Of a DNA stretch of 64,000 bases, positions 1 to 10,070 are shown piece after piece. The position numbers and the translations under genes are program-made. A model generated the notes under the pieces. It was not told where the DNA came from and ran no database searches. It saw only the letters and a program-made list of their open reading frames with translations. Origin of the DNA: a virus (taxonomy: Duplodnaviria; Caudoviricetes); IMG/VR virus record IMGVR_UViG_3300037761_000250, positions 15,279 to 79,278 of that record. One strand, written 5' to 3'. Within the stretch, counting starts at the first letter, position 1; each line of letters opens with the position of its first letter.

Positions 1-1650
1 GGCTTGTTTGTAGTCGCCTTGGACGAATACATGTCCCGGGAGGCAAACGAACTGATTACGAATGTCTTTGTCTCGGTCCACGTTTTGCAAGTTAGGGTTA
101 CGAGAAGCAAGTCGTCCGCTAGTGGTTGCATGTAGAGAATAAGTGGTGTAGATTTTTCCATCTCTAACCTTTCGTCGTAATCCTTTTACGTAAGTTCCAT
201 ATAATTTTCCAAATCGACGATTTACTAATAGTAAGTCTACAAACGGACCAACTGGATCGCGCAATGACAAACGAATCTGTTTCAAGAAATCTTTTGATGT
301 TGTTGGTATTGTATATCCGTGTTCGGCAAAATATCGCTGAATCTGAATTGGAGATCGAGGATTCAACTTCTTACCAATAGCCGCTTCGATCTCGGCCTCA
401 GACTTATCTAATTTTTCTTCATAAACTTCGTGTAGATGCTGGTTGTATTCAAGGTCGAAGTAGATTCCGTTTAATTCAATGTGCATCAGTTCATTTGCTG
501 CTTCGATCAAGAATTTGTGCAACTTCTTGTTATCTGCCGACATCTTGGATTCTTGTTGTTCAATCAAATCCCAAGTAGAGCAAGCATCATATGCATTGTA
601 TTTGTAAAGAATAGGTTTTGGAATTTTGGCGTAACTTCCGTCTTTTCCTTTAACGTACTTTTGTATTTCCTCGTCATAACGAGGAGCACCTAAGTCTTCA
701 ACCGCTCTGTCTTTAAGGCCATGCTGGCGTGGTCGTTCATCCAATACGTAAGATCGAAGCATCCCGTCTCCACTTAATTTTTTTACTCCAAACAGTGGAG
801 ATAGCCCAAGCATATCGAATTTTCCATTCCAGGCTTCTACTGGAACTTTCTCTATCAATTTGGCAAATGCGGCAATACAGGCTTCGTCTTTGAATACCCG
901 ATCTCCAAAAACCACAGCCTGTGACTTGGTGTACGCCACACCCACACAAAGGATTTCATAGTTCTCTGGGTGGGAATCATCCAAATCTTTGTCCGAAGCC
1001 GCCTCGATATCAATGACAACTTTGTCGACCGAGCTAAGCCTATTAATAGCCACAAGCGCGGTAGTCGGATCGTTAAATACTTTATATATGGGCGGCCGCC
1101 AACTGAGTGGATCATTGAATAATTTTCCTACGTCGGTAACGAAACTTGGGAAAGCATCAGGTGTCCTTAAACAAAATGCCGGATGCCAGGTACTTATTAC
1201 TGGACCATACTTTGATGAACGATCCCAACCAATCCGAAGTTTTGTAATTTTAGTTTTGGTATTAAGAAGAACCTGGGCCGATGTACCGCCAACGGCAAGA
1301 ATCTTCGGAGCTGCTGCTTTCTCTAGATCATATTCCAACCGCTCATTACAGGCACTAATTACTTGCTTTGGAGGTTTTTCAGTAGGTCCATATGGACGAC
1401 AGCTTACAGTATTAATTAAAGCAATATCTTTGCGCTCAATTCCGTGATAATTTAGTACCGATTCCAGCAACTCACCCGAAGGTCCGGTGAACGGGATGCC
1501 GGACCTAGCCTCCTGCGCTCCCGGTGCCTCGCCCACCACCGCTAGCCTAGCCGAGCCGGCTGGGAATTGGCTTGGGACGTACTTGCCTACCTCACGCCAC
1601 GGGCAAATTTCGCACGCTGCCTTCGGATGCTTTCTTGCTGGAATTTCCAT
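1..1650 (-). CDS. polA: Family-4 uracil-DNA glycosylase / 3'-5' exonuclease / family A DNA polymerase fusion (3' end truncated by window edge)
   Basis: Translated by hand from ATG at 1650; open to base 1 and absent from the ORF track. UDG motifs CEICPW, VVGEAPGAQE..GIPFTGPSG, NTVSCRP and WHPAF; exonuclease motifs VIDIE, WNGKFD and YNAYD; PolA motifs TTSGRLASRNPNLQN and GDYKQA. Confidence 0.93.
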   Translation of the reverse strand, partial: MEIPARKHPKAACEICPWREVGKYVPSQFPAGSARLAVVGEAPGAQEARSGIPFTGPSGELLESVLNYHGIERKDIALINTVSCRPYGPTEKPPKQVISACNERLEYDLEKAAAPKILAVGGTSAQVLLNTKTKITKLRIGWDRSSKYGPVISTWHPAFCLRTPDAFPSFVTDVGKLFNDPLSWRPPIYKVFNDPTTALVAINRLSSVDKVVIDIEAASDKDLDDSHPENYEILCVGVAYTKSQAVVFGDRVFKDEACIAAFAKLIEKVPVEAWNGKFDMLGLSPLFGVKKLSGDGMLRSYVLDERPRQHGLKDRAVEDLGAPRYDEEIQKYVKGKDGSYAKIPKPILYKYNAYDACSTWDLIEQQESKMSADNKKLHKFLIEAANELMHIELNGIYFDLEYNQHLHEVYEEKLDKSEAEIEAAIGKKLNPRSPIQIQRYFAEHGYTIPTTSKDFLKQIRLSLRDPVGPFVDLLLVNRRFGKLYGTYVKGLRRKVRDGKIYTTYSLHATTSGRLASRNPNLQNVDRDKDIRNQFVCLPGHVFVQGDYKQA

Positions 1651-1678
1651 TTTCACCTACTAATACTATTTATTATTT

Positions 1679-1891
1679 CTACGTGTTCAAATATTTGATC
1701 AAGATCAGTGCGTTCTTTGTAAGTTCCATAAAATACAAATTTCGCCTTGGATACTCCCCGCAATTGTGAACAGTGGGAAACATATATCGCTTTTTCTTGT
1801 CTCTTGGGTTTATGTCATTCTCGCGGCAATAATCATAAAACTGCCTGTAGTCTCCAGCTACAACATACTTAGTAATTGGTTCCATTTTCAC
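1679..1891 (-). CDS. Hypothetical protein
   Basis: 70 aa ORF packed tightly in the leftward operon. Confidence 0.55.
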   Translation of the reverse strand: MKMEPITKYVVAGDYRQFYDYCRENDINPRDKKKRYMFPTVHNCGEYPRRNLYFMELTKNALILIKYLNT

Positions 1892-2080
1892 CTCCTGGAT
1901 TTATATATGACTTCAATTAAAATTTCTGGATTGATACCAGTTTTCAAACAACCCTGCATAAATTCAGTGATTTGTTTAACCGAAAATCCGTATGCCCAAA
2001 GCAGCTTGGTCCACTCGTGTGTTTTGGTATATGAAAATGGTAAGTACCGACTAAGATTAGTTGCTAGTTCTTCGTATTCT

Positions 2081-2587
2081 TTATCCACTACTACCGTAAC
2101 CAGTTCCGTCAGGATATATAATTGTGTAAGGCAATTTTGCTGATTTTGCATATTCAATTGTGGTCCAAGTACCAGATCTTGGAACTTTTTTCATGGTTTT
2201 TGGAGTTGCTAGCAGATAAGCAGATTCAGTTATAATGTTAAGGTCTCTTTCTAAGTATGTTTTTGGTTTTCTGGTAACATCGTTCAAGTACATTTCACCC
2301 ATCATGAACTTTTCATTGATTGGTGGATGACCAATGACAGTGAAATCCAAACCTTTTGCTATAAGGGCAACTTGGTAGTCCGCGCCTATGCAGCATCCAT
2401 GATGTAATACATTGAATCTGTGGTAGGTTAGAAAATTGATTACTCCAGCCATTTGCTTGTGTGATAGCCCATATTTTGTTCCTGTGAATCCTAAATGATT
2501 TTTGTTTTTTACAGGTTCTTCATAAGTTTTCACGTTTTCGTCTATAAAATACTCTAGCACACTAGAGTATTCTAACACACTTGTCAT
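2081..2587 (-). CDS. SLOG/DprA-like Rossmann-fold nucleotide-binding protein
   Basis: Motifs GFTGT, HHGCCIGAD, GHPP, ERDLNI and SGTWTTIEYAK resemble the SLOG superfamily; start moved to ATG 2587. Confidence 0.65.
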   Translation of the reverse strand: MTSVLEYSSVLEYFIDENVKTYEEPVKNKNHLGFTGTKYGLSHKQMAGVINFLTYHRFNVLHHGCCIGADYQVALIAKGLDFTVIGHPPINEKFMMGEMYLNDVTRKPKTYLERDLNIITESAYLLATPKTMKKVPRSGTWTTIEYAKSAKLPYTIIYPDGTGYGSSG

Positions 2588-2589
2588 TT

Positions 2590-3401
2590 TTACTCCACAA
2601 TTATAATACGGAACTTTTTGCAATCACAGCCTATGCACAAGCATTTCCCCACCCGATCAAGGTGGGCGCCGTCTGCATGTTTACAACGACACCATTTAAT
2701 CTTATCTATAAGTTCGAATATATTTTTCATTATGTTACCGTGAAGGTCCTTGTGGAGTGTCCTTGGGGTTATCAAGATTCAGTTCACGTTTAGGCCCACA
2801 CATGTCAAACAATGCTATTAAGGCAGGATGTTTTGGATATGCTGCGCCTTGAGGACGTGAGCCACGCTTGCGTGCAGCATATAGTTGAGGTCCTATAAAT
2901 GCTGCCTCGGACACCCGGTTGCAATCAATTACTGATTCTTCGAACAACTTCACGTCTTCTTTTGATCCTATTTTTTCACAGTCGGAAGTTGCCCACCAGA
3001 ATGTATCGTCACAAAGTGCAAATACAGTTAAATCATCGTGCCAGAAAATTCCTTCTTGGATGTCGTATTTAGCAACAAGTTTGGCCACTTCTAGGAAGAT
3101 TTCTATTCTCTCATTTTTCATTTGCTAGCTCCCTAAAAAGATGCCAAACAAATCCATTAGTTGCCAATGCGGTTCCCACGTATTGGATACTGGAGACAAT
3201 TTCTGGTACTGGCCAACCAGTGCCAAATGCCTTAAACATGTAAGATATTGGTGGATGGTCATTTGTCCATGACCAAAATTCCACTATGTCTGATTCACGA
3301 CTTGCAACATGCAGGATTGGACCGGTTAGAGTAATTTTGTGCCATTCCTCGTCTACTGGAACTTCGTACCGATAAATTCTTTGTGGCTGTTTATTCGTCA
3401 T
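2590..3401 (-). CDS. Three small hypothetical genes (2590-2775, 2735-3121, 3111-3401)
   Basis: Tightly packed or overlapping ORFs with phage-like composition; the first is Cys-rich. Confidence 0.55.
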
Positions 3402-4071
3402 CTGCCAACTCCTTTAATATATCGTCCATCTTGTCAATATCAATTGGTTGGTCACTACTAACTGGATCAATACCAACTTTTCCAAGACGTTCGTGCATCG
3501 ATTGAAACGATGAGAAAATCTGATGATGCCTTAGTTTTACCCGATCAAATGAAGGTTCTATTTCTGGTTTCCAGTACGAAGTTGGATCGATTCGGAGGAT
3601 TTCTTTTGGGTTTAAAGTACCTAGTTTCATTATAGCATCCTCTGTAGCTATTTTATTGAATATCCAGTTTCTTCCTTCAAAATGTCGGTCGGTAAATATC
3701 AATACGCTTCCATCTCGAAATCTTACTCGAAGAGATGGACATTTTTTGTGTGTAAGAGTTCTAGTAACAGCTTCTAATCTACTATTTTCAATTTTTATTT
3801 CGTAAACTACGTCAAGATTCAAAGTAGCATCGGAAAATATTACTAATTTTTGTCCAAGTTTCCATGGGCCGCAAGTATCGCAGGCGTAACTTTTGCATCG
3901 AATGACGTGATAGAAATGTTGTCCATTTTGTTTTACACCCCAAGCTGGTAGTAAGCACCTCCTATTGTTGCCATGGATGATTACTTTACTACCGGATTCT
4001 TGGGTCATCGCATCACTCAACCAAATATGGTCAGACGCTTTTTGGCCCTGGTTACTCCGGTGTATAGCCAA
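3391..4071 (-). CDS. Hypothetical protein with RCxSxxCxxC Zn-binding motif
   Basis: VIRCKSYACDTCGPW; lies immediately downstream of the helicase and prim-pol genes. Confidence 0.55.
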   Translation of the reverse strand: MAIHRSNQGQKASDHIWLSDAMTQESGSKVIIHGNNRRCLLPAWGVKQNGQHFYHVIRCKSYACDTCGPWKLGQKLVIFSDATLNLDVVYEIKIENSRLEAVTRTLTHKKCPSLRVRFRDGSVLIFTDRHFEGRNWIFNKIATEDAIMKLGTLNPKEILRIDPTSYWKPEIEPSFDRVKLRHHQIFSSFQSMHERLGKVGIDPVSSDQPIDIDKMDDILKELADDE

Positions 4072-5294
4072 CGGTCATATTCACGACCATTAGCAAGCCT
4101 TTTTTGAAACGAGCTGTCGGGTTCAAAAATCACCACCTCATCATACTCTGAACCTTGAGCTGTATGGGTAGTCTGTGCATATGCATATGACCAACGCTGT
4201 AGATGGTCAGCTCCATCCGGCATCATCCCTTCGAATTGTTTCGCTGAAATATGGACTCTACTCAGTGTTTTTCCATATTCAGTGGTGATAGTTGCCAAAT
4301 AAGTTTGACTATCTAATTCTTTCAACCAATCAATGACACCTCTTGTTCCCTTTGGAATTCCATGGTGTCGGATGTTTTTAGCAAGAACAACACGTTCACC
4401 AGGCTTTGGTGGTCCACTAAGACCTCTTATAGACCTAACACCTTTATTTAGATAGTGAAATGTGAAATTGCGATTAGGTTTACTTGTAACGTAGTAGTTT
4501 TCTCTACTAAAGAAAGTCAGCATCATTAAATCCGGATTATCCAGATCAATGTCGAACTCTCCATCATTCGGAAATGATAACCGACGTACATCTTGACTAA
4601 ATTCTCCGTATTCCAATCGCTCACCATTTCTAATTTTGTGAGCTAATTGGATTATTGGTGAATCTTTTGCTTGTCGGTGGATATCGGCAACATTATCCAT
4701 CTTAATATTAGCGTCTGACATTAGATCTAATTTTGATTTATAATTATATCCAAGTCGGACTAATTCACTTCCACTCTCTACTGGAGGTAATTGAAAGTGG
4801 TCTCCAAAAAAGATAATACTGGAGTTTTTTGGCATGGTTTCAATTATATCATCATAGAGGATGCGACCTACCATGGAACTTTCGTCGCAAATAAGAAGAC
4901 GTGTGCCTCCGATTTCTCTTGGATTAAAAGAAAGTACACATCCACAAGCATTATAGGTTCCTGATCCATGACAAAGATCTCGTTCGTCAGTTCGGTATGG
5001 ACAGGTACTACAATGATGTGAAATTGGACGATAAAATTTGTTATGTATAGTAACAACACGTTGTGAGATATCTAGAGCCTTGTGCTTTTCGCCCAATACC
5101 AAGGTTGCTTTGTTCGTTGGGGCAATAAAACATACTTCCTTTCGATCTATGCCAAGCAATTCAGGCAATTGGACAGCTAAGGTGGTCTTGCCAGTTCCGG
5201 CTAGACCACCTACTTTAACAATTCTTTGTCCATTTCTAAGTGAATTATCAATTTCCGACACTACCCATGCTTGCTTTTCAGTAAGTTCAATCAT
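4017..5294 (-). CDS. RecD/Dda-like superfamily 1B DNA helicase
   Basis: GLAGTGKTT, DESSMV, GDHFQLPPV, YAQTTHTAQGSEY and YTGVTRAK. Confidence 0.92.
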   Translation of the reverse strand: MIELTEKQAWVVSEIDNSLRNGQRIVKVGGLAGTGKTTLAVQLPELLGIDRKEVCFIAPTNKATLVLGEKHKALDISQRVVTIHNKFYRPISHHCSTCPYRTDERDLCHGSGTYNACGCVLSFNPREIGGTRLLICDESSMVGRILYDDIIETMPKNSSIIFFGDHFQLPPVESGSELVRLGYNYKSKLDLMSDANIKMDNVADIHRQAKDSPIIQLAHKIRNGERLEYGEFSQDVRRLSFPNDGEFDIDLDNPDLMMLTFFSRENYYVTSKPNRNFTFHYLNKGVRSIRGLSGPPKPGERVVLAKNIRHHGIPKGTRGVIDWLKELDSQTYLATITTEYGKTLSRVHISAKQFEGMMPDGADHLQRWSYAYAQTTHTAQGSEYDEVVIFEPDSSFQKRLANGREYDRWLYTGVTRAKKRLTIFG

Positions 5295-6292
5295 ACTTTC
5301 CTTCTCAAAGTTGTATGGGCAGCTACCCGTCTTGGAATTTTGTTTCTTATTAGAATTTCGAAATCATGTCTGGTTCGTTCATTTAAAATAATTGAAGTTC
5401 CACAAGCACAAGATGAAGTTATGTTATCCACGTGTGCAAGTACGTAATCAACTTCGCTATCCCACTCGCTTTGTAAGTCACGTGATCTAGGTGCATTGAC
5501 GAAAATGTTTACTAGAGTTTCTAGAGCGTACTTAACCCCTGAATGACCATGACTGCCAGCGGTGAGTATTTTTCCAATAATGGTTAGTCCAGTGTCATGA
5601 ACACCACCATCGTAGGATAATTGTAACTGTTGTGAACATTCTATCATAAGTTTAGACATGAATTCACAGATTGATTCATTTGGAAATGAATCTAATTCCT
5701 TGAATTCTTGTCGGGGAGATTGAATAAATATGGACCTTACCGGTTCCTCTACTAACTGCTCGGTCCACATTTCTGGTAACTCTGTTAGGTCTTTGATTTC
5801 TGGAATTTGTCCAACTAACTCATTTCCACCCAGTCCGTTATACCATAAATAACGAGATTCTGCTTCTTTGTTCCATGATGGATAAGTAATCACGTATCTA
5901 TGAGTGTACTGAATTACCGTTATTCCGTTTATGGTACTGTACCATTTTCCGTTTTCATATTTTTCCGGAATACGATAAAGTATCTTCCCGCCTTCACCAC
6001 CCCGGGCATCTACATTGAATGTAGTTGGTAGCTTTCCGTACTTGTTTTCTAGTTCTTGTAATTTGTTAAGGTCATCTTTGTAAGCATCTATATCTAGTGC
6101 TATTACGTTCTTAGGTAAACGAATAGCTATATTTGCCCATTGGTACTCGCCTATCCACTTTTTAATTTGTTGATTAGTGGCAAGTCCGTATCCACCACTT
6201 ACACCTTTTACAATTATATTTTTTCCTTTTGCTGGTAGAGGAGAGAACCCGGCCATATAATATGTTTCAGCAGCAAGTCCGTATGGTCCCAT
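5291..6292 (-). CDS. Bifunctional DNA primase/polymerase (prim-pol)
   Basis: N-terminal YYMAGFSPLPAKGK, VIALDIDAYK and YVITYPS, typical of actinophage prim-pol domains. Confidence 0.8.
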   Translation of the reverse strand: MGPYGLAAETYYMAGFSPLPAKGKNIIVKGVSGGYGLATNQQIKKWIGEYQWANIAIRLPKNVIALDIDAYKDDLNKLQELENKYGKLPTTFNVDARGGEGGKILYRIPEKYENGKWYSTINGITVIQYTHRYVITYPSWNKEAESRYLWYNGLGGNELVGQIPEIKDLTELPEMWTEQLVEEPVRSIFIQSPRQEFKELDSFPNESICEFMSKLMIECSQQLQLSYDGGVHDTGLTIIGKILTAGSHGHSGVKYALETLVNIFVNAPRSRDLQSEWDSEVDYVLAHVDNITSSCACGTSIILNERTRHDFEILIRNKIPRRVAAHTTLRRKV

Positions 6293-6613
6293 GGGTGCTC
6301 CTCATTATGCAGAAAAATTATTTTCCCATTCTATGTTCGCATTCTATGTTCGCAGTCACACCAGCTATCACCTCGACATAATTCGTGTTTTTTGTTTTTA
6401 CATGGTTCACATATAAACTTCATATTGAATTCAGTCACCTACCTTCATTCATTATAAGTCCTTAGCTATCTTCTTCTAGTTTGTCTTCAATATCTCTGCA
6501 CGAATGTAAGCCTGCGAAATAACCCGCGAAGAATCCAATATAAATTAAAAATGCCGCAGCAAGTAGTTTAAGCATTATCAGAAGTTTCCGGTAGTCCACG
6601 ACAGATAATTAGT

Positions 6614-7429
6614 TTAGGCATTTTCTTCCATATTTTTCGGTGTAAAAGAAATAAATCCATCAGTAGGCAGATTCAAGCACAAATAAATTGCTTCGAGTGC
6701 GTTTATAGAATCAGCTATTAGCTCGTTTATTGTTTGTGGACTTGGATTGTTTAAAGAATTCTTGACCATTTCAGCTCTAGCTACTCGCAACTCTGATAGT
6801 GCAAGTAACGCATCTTCTACCATTGGTATTGCTCCAATCGATACAGCTCAAGCCACTTCCAGTTGCTCATTTCGTTATAATTATCCCACTTTTCCTTTAA
6901 CCTAGCCTTTAAGTTCAGCATTTTTATAGTTGTCTCCGTATCCACCCTTCGACCTTCGGTCAACATATCAATCGACTTCATCCACAAGTAAGGGTATTTA
7001 GTGCTGGTTGGATGCCAATATTTGCTAACTCTGGGTTGTACGTCATAAGCAGCGTGCTTGGCCTTGTATTTATTTTTTGGGTTTGCAATGATCCATACTA
7101 ATAGTACAATTCCAGAAACGATCAAGATAGCACCTAGGAACATAAAAAACGTCAACATATTATTACCACTTCCAAGAGTATTGACTGTATGTGTGTTCGT
7201 TACAACTAACTTCTACCTTGTAGTGAGAGATATCAAAGCTCAGGAAAGCCATTATCCTTTGATATAATTCAGCACAAACTGCTTCCGTATTATCTGCTTT
7301 TATTCCCTTCGAAACAATATGCACTTGCTTTATTAGTGTATCTTGGTTAAGTGTAATTTTTCCGTTGTTGAAAACTTCGATTTCAATGAAGTAGCCATTC
7401 CATTTAGTCTGTACTTTCATCCCGTACAT
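6614..7429 (-). CDS. Three small genes (6614-6823; 6817-7158 membrane-anchored; 7163-7429)
   Basis: Packed ORFs; 6817-7158 has an N-terminal transmembrane helix. Confidence 0.5.
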
Positions 7430-7883
7430 CGACTACCTCTCCCTCAATTAAAACAGTCTCATATACTTTTTCCCATGGTGCCCTTTGAATTCCAGCAGAC
7501 AAATTTATCGAAGCAGTTTCCATTCCATAAAGTTTTGATTTCCTTTCAAGTGCCTTTAGGACAATAGCCGCGGCCAGTTTGTCTCCACGGCTAGCATCGT
7601 CAATGAACCGCTCAACAATATTATCAATTTGGTGTGCCATAGTCTCCCGAAGTTCATTTACTCCAGGAGCCTTTACTTTCTGAAACATTCTATTTAGATA
7701 TGCACGTACGTTATCTTCACTGATGTTTAGTGTTTCAGCAATATCGTAGTAAGACTTCCCAGCATATCTCATTCGAACTATTGCCTTAACCATCTTTCCA
7801 TATCTAAATCCAAGCGCTTTGAAATTAGTAATTTCTAATGCTTGTTCTAAAAGATCGGGTTCTTGTTCGGGTTTGTATTCCAC
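7404..7883 (-). CDS. HTH DNA-binding protein
   Basis: GKSYYDIAETLNISEDNVRAYL is a LuxR/sigma70-r4-like HTH with a helical C-terminus. Confidence 0.7.
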   Translation of the reverse strand: MEYKPEQEPDLLEQALEITNFKALGFRYGKMVKAIVRMRYAGKSYYDIAETLNISEDNVRAYLNRMFQKVKAPGVNELRETMAHQIDNIVERFIDDASRGDKLAAAIVLKALERKSKLYGMETASINLSAGIQRAPWEKVYETVLIEGEVVDVRDESTD

Positions 7884-7920
7884 TTAGAATCACCACCCAT
7901 ATTTTATATCTTTCAGTTAA

Positions 7921-7955
7921 AGAGACCCAGGGCACCCCCCGTGCCCTGGGTCTCT
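7921..7955 (-). terminator. Intrinsic terminator
   Basis: Perfect 15-bp stem AGAGACCCAGGGCAC/GTGCCCTGGGTCTCT with a 5-nt loop and a T run on the minus strand, just after the DUF669 gene. Confidence 0.8.
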
Positions 7956-7987
7956 GGCGATTAATTTATTTAGTTAAAATAGCCAAC

Positions 7988-8473
7988 CTAAGAAGGAAGC
8001 GGAAGTCCACTTCCAGACTTGTCCTTGGCACTATCCAACTTCTGGAAGACAACGTTGAACTCGTCCCGCTCCCGAATCTCGCCGTTCTTCTTCTTGGTTC
8101 CAGCCAGGAACTTAGTGCCCTTGACAGAGCACTTCTGACCGATGAAGGAGGTGGGGTCGGGAGCACCATTGGGTGCCGTAGGCAAGTGGATTTCCTTGTC
8201 AACAACATATTCGGGATGAACGGCATCACAAAGCCATTTAAGCGCGTAGGCTTCTCCCCAAAGCATGATGTTGGTGTATACCGGGAGACCTTGGTATTTT
8301 CCTTCTTCAATGGTCAGCTTGGTCCGCCAGAACGGCTTGCCCGTGTTCTTGCCCTGCTGAACTTCTTCCGAAGTTATATCGGAAATCATGACAACGTATC
8401 GACCAGTTGGAGGAAGTTCGTATTCTCCTGAACTAGCTGCCACGTTATCTGACATATTAAGCTTGAAGGTCAT
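7988..8473 (-). CDS. DUF669-like ssDNA-binding protein
   Basis: YELPPTGRYVVMISD...GKPFWRTKLTIEEGKYQG; adjacent to the AAA ATPase. Confidence 0.7.
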   Translation of the reverse strand: MTFKLNMSDNVAASSGEYELPPTGRYVVMISDITSEEVQQGKNTGKPFWRTKLTIEEGKYQGLPVYTNIMLWGEAYALKWLCDAVHPEYVVDKEIHLPTAPNGAPDPTSFIGQKCSVKGTKFLAGTKKKNGEIRERDEFNVVFQKLDSAKDKSGSGLPLPS

Positions 8474-9206
8474 TGGTTAATTTCTCGCCCTCTTGAATTT
8501 GTTTGAAAATATATTGCATGGTTGGATTTAAGATTTGTTTGTCTAAGAGATTGGTTCGATCTTTTGCAATTACTCCTGGTATGCTGTCAGTTAATAGAAT
8601 TCGTTCGTTTTTTTCCTCCACAGTTTCAATGTATAAGTGTGCAACTATATCGAAGAAAGCTGAGACCTCATCAGCAGCTTTGCCTGTTAATGATGGCTTC
8701 TTTGTTGTCATGGTTGTCCGTTTGTCAACGTCTACTCGCACCAGCGCGGTCATAATGACGTTCATTGGAAGATCTCGGAACTTCCGAACAAATTTCCTTA
8801 CATGTTCGGTGTTTATCCCCCATTCTTTAATTTCTGGAATTGCCATTGGATCGTTACCTTTTCGGGTATCCATGGTAAATTCCATGCTCAACTTTTGTAC
8901 TTCGGTTAAGCTATCAACTACTATTGTTTTGAATTCATGTTTGCCAGTTTTTAGTTCTTCATACAAAGAATCAAACGCTTGCCAAGAACCGATTCGCACC
9001 TTTTCAACGTTTGGAAACATGTTTCGAAGACTAAGTGTACCACCTTCTACATCAATAAATAGTACAGGGCGCATCTCTGAAACTGAATCGGATGATCCAG
9101 CAAGCGTGGTTTTGCCTGCACCACTTATCCCATAAATTAGCATATTGAATTTTAGTAATTCATCTCTAACAGACCGAATTGGCAGACCGGCAATTGTTGA
9201 TATCAA
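8457..9206 (-). CDS. AAA_24 / Sak4-like ATPase (recombinase-associated)
   Basis: YGISGAGKTT, IDVEGG, IVVDSLT and FRDLPMNVIMTA. Confidence 0.85.
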   Translation of the reverse strand: MISTIAGLPIRSVRDELLKFNMLIYGISGAGKTTLAGSSDSVSEMRPVLFIDVEGGTLSLRNMFPNVEKVRIGSWQAFDSLYEELKTGKHEFKTIVVDSLTEVQKLSMEFTMDTRKGNDPMAIPEIKEWGINTEHVRKFVRKFRDLPMNVIMTALVRVDVDKRTTMTTKKPSLTGKAADEVSAFFDIVAHLYIETVEEKNERILLTDSIPGVIAKDRTNLLDKQILNPTMQYIFKQIQEGEKLTNDLQA

Positions 9207-9277
9207 AATATTATCCCTTGAAGATTTACTGTGTTATGTCCATTATGGTTCGACGTTACCACAGCTCAGGGAGCGTG

Positions 9278-9920
9278 TCAAGGCGTGAGTGCATCGGTTA
9301 ATTTAAGATCATCAATGCGTTGGTAGGCCAGCTCGCCAGCCAATAATGAGGCGCACCGATTTTGTTCATCACGCCAAAATATGTATTTTTTGTATGCTGA
9401 TTGAAGGTCTGGTTGGACTGCTTTAGTTTCATCGATTCGGTATTTAATTATTATTGGGTCTGTTATATTTCGTTGTCGGCAAGTTTCTAATTCTCGATCT
9501 TCGAACATTTTGTCTAGGCGATTATACTCTTCACTGTTTTCCTTGGCCTTCGCTGCTGCCAACCTCATCCTTGTTAGAATCTCCAAGAAGTTTGTGTAGT
9601 TCATATTTTTCACCCAAATAGAATTCGTCTATTTTCTTCGAATGTAATACAAAATTTCCAGATTTAACAATGAATCTGGAAACGTCTTTACCATAAACTT
9701 CAAAATGAAAAGAAAAATATTCGCTATGATTTTCGTTTGTAACTTTTGTACATTTAATATAATAATACATTTTACTCATTTCATTAGAGTTTCTCGATCG
9801 ATCATACTCGGTTAGTATTTCAGCTAGACAGCTGACAACTGAACCCTGTCGACTGTGCCGCTTACCCGCACGCCGATCGAGTATCTCTATCAAATTATCG
9901 GGTACCTGTTCTGGAGTCAC
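9278..9920 (-). CDS. Hypothetical proteins (9278-9613, 9531-9920)
   Basis: ORF track; starts uncertain. Confidence 0.45.
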
Positions 9921-10070
9921 GACTTCGTTTTCCCTGCTTCACGTATGTGGTCAAATGATTTCGGCATATCGCTGTCCCGTCGACTAGGTAGAGCGCCGCC
10001 TTATCGCATGTCAGGTTTGACGATGTGAAAATTGGACAATAGAACATGCTCATATTAGTCTCTACTTAAC

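Noticed and set aside
481-1447. Track ORFs 481-693, 737-949, 855-1115 and 989-1447
   Set aside because: They are shadow ORFs of the UDG-polymerase reading frame. The same applies to most antisense ORFs overlapping large genes across the window.
6327-6354. 13-bp tandem repeat CATTCTATGTTCG x2
   Set aside because: An isolated slippage-type duplication.
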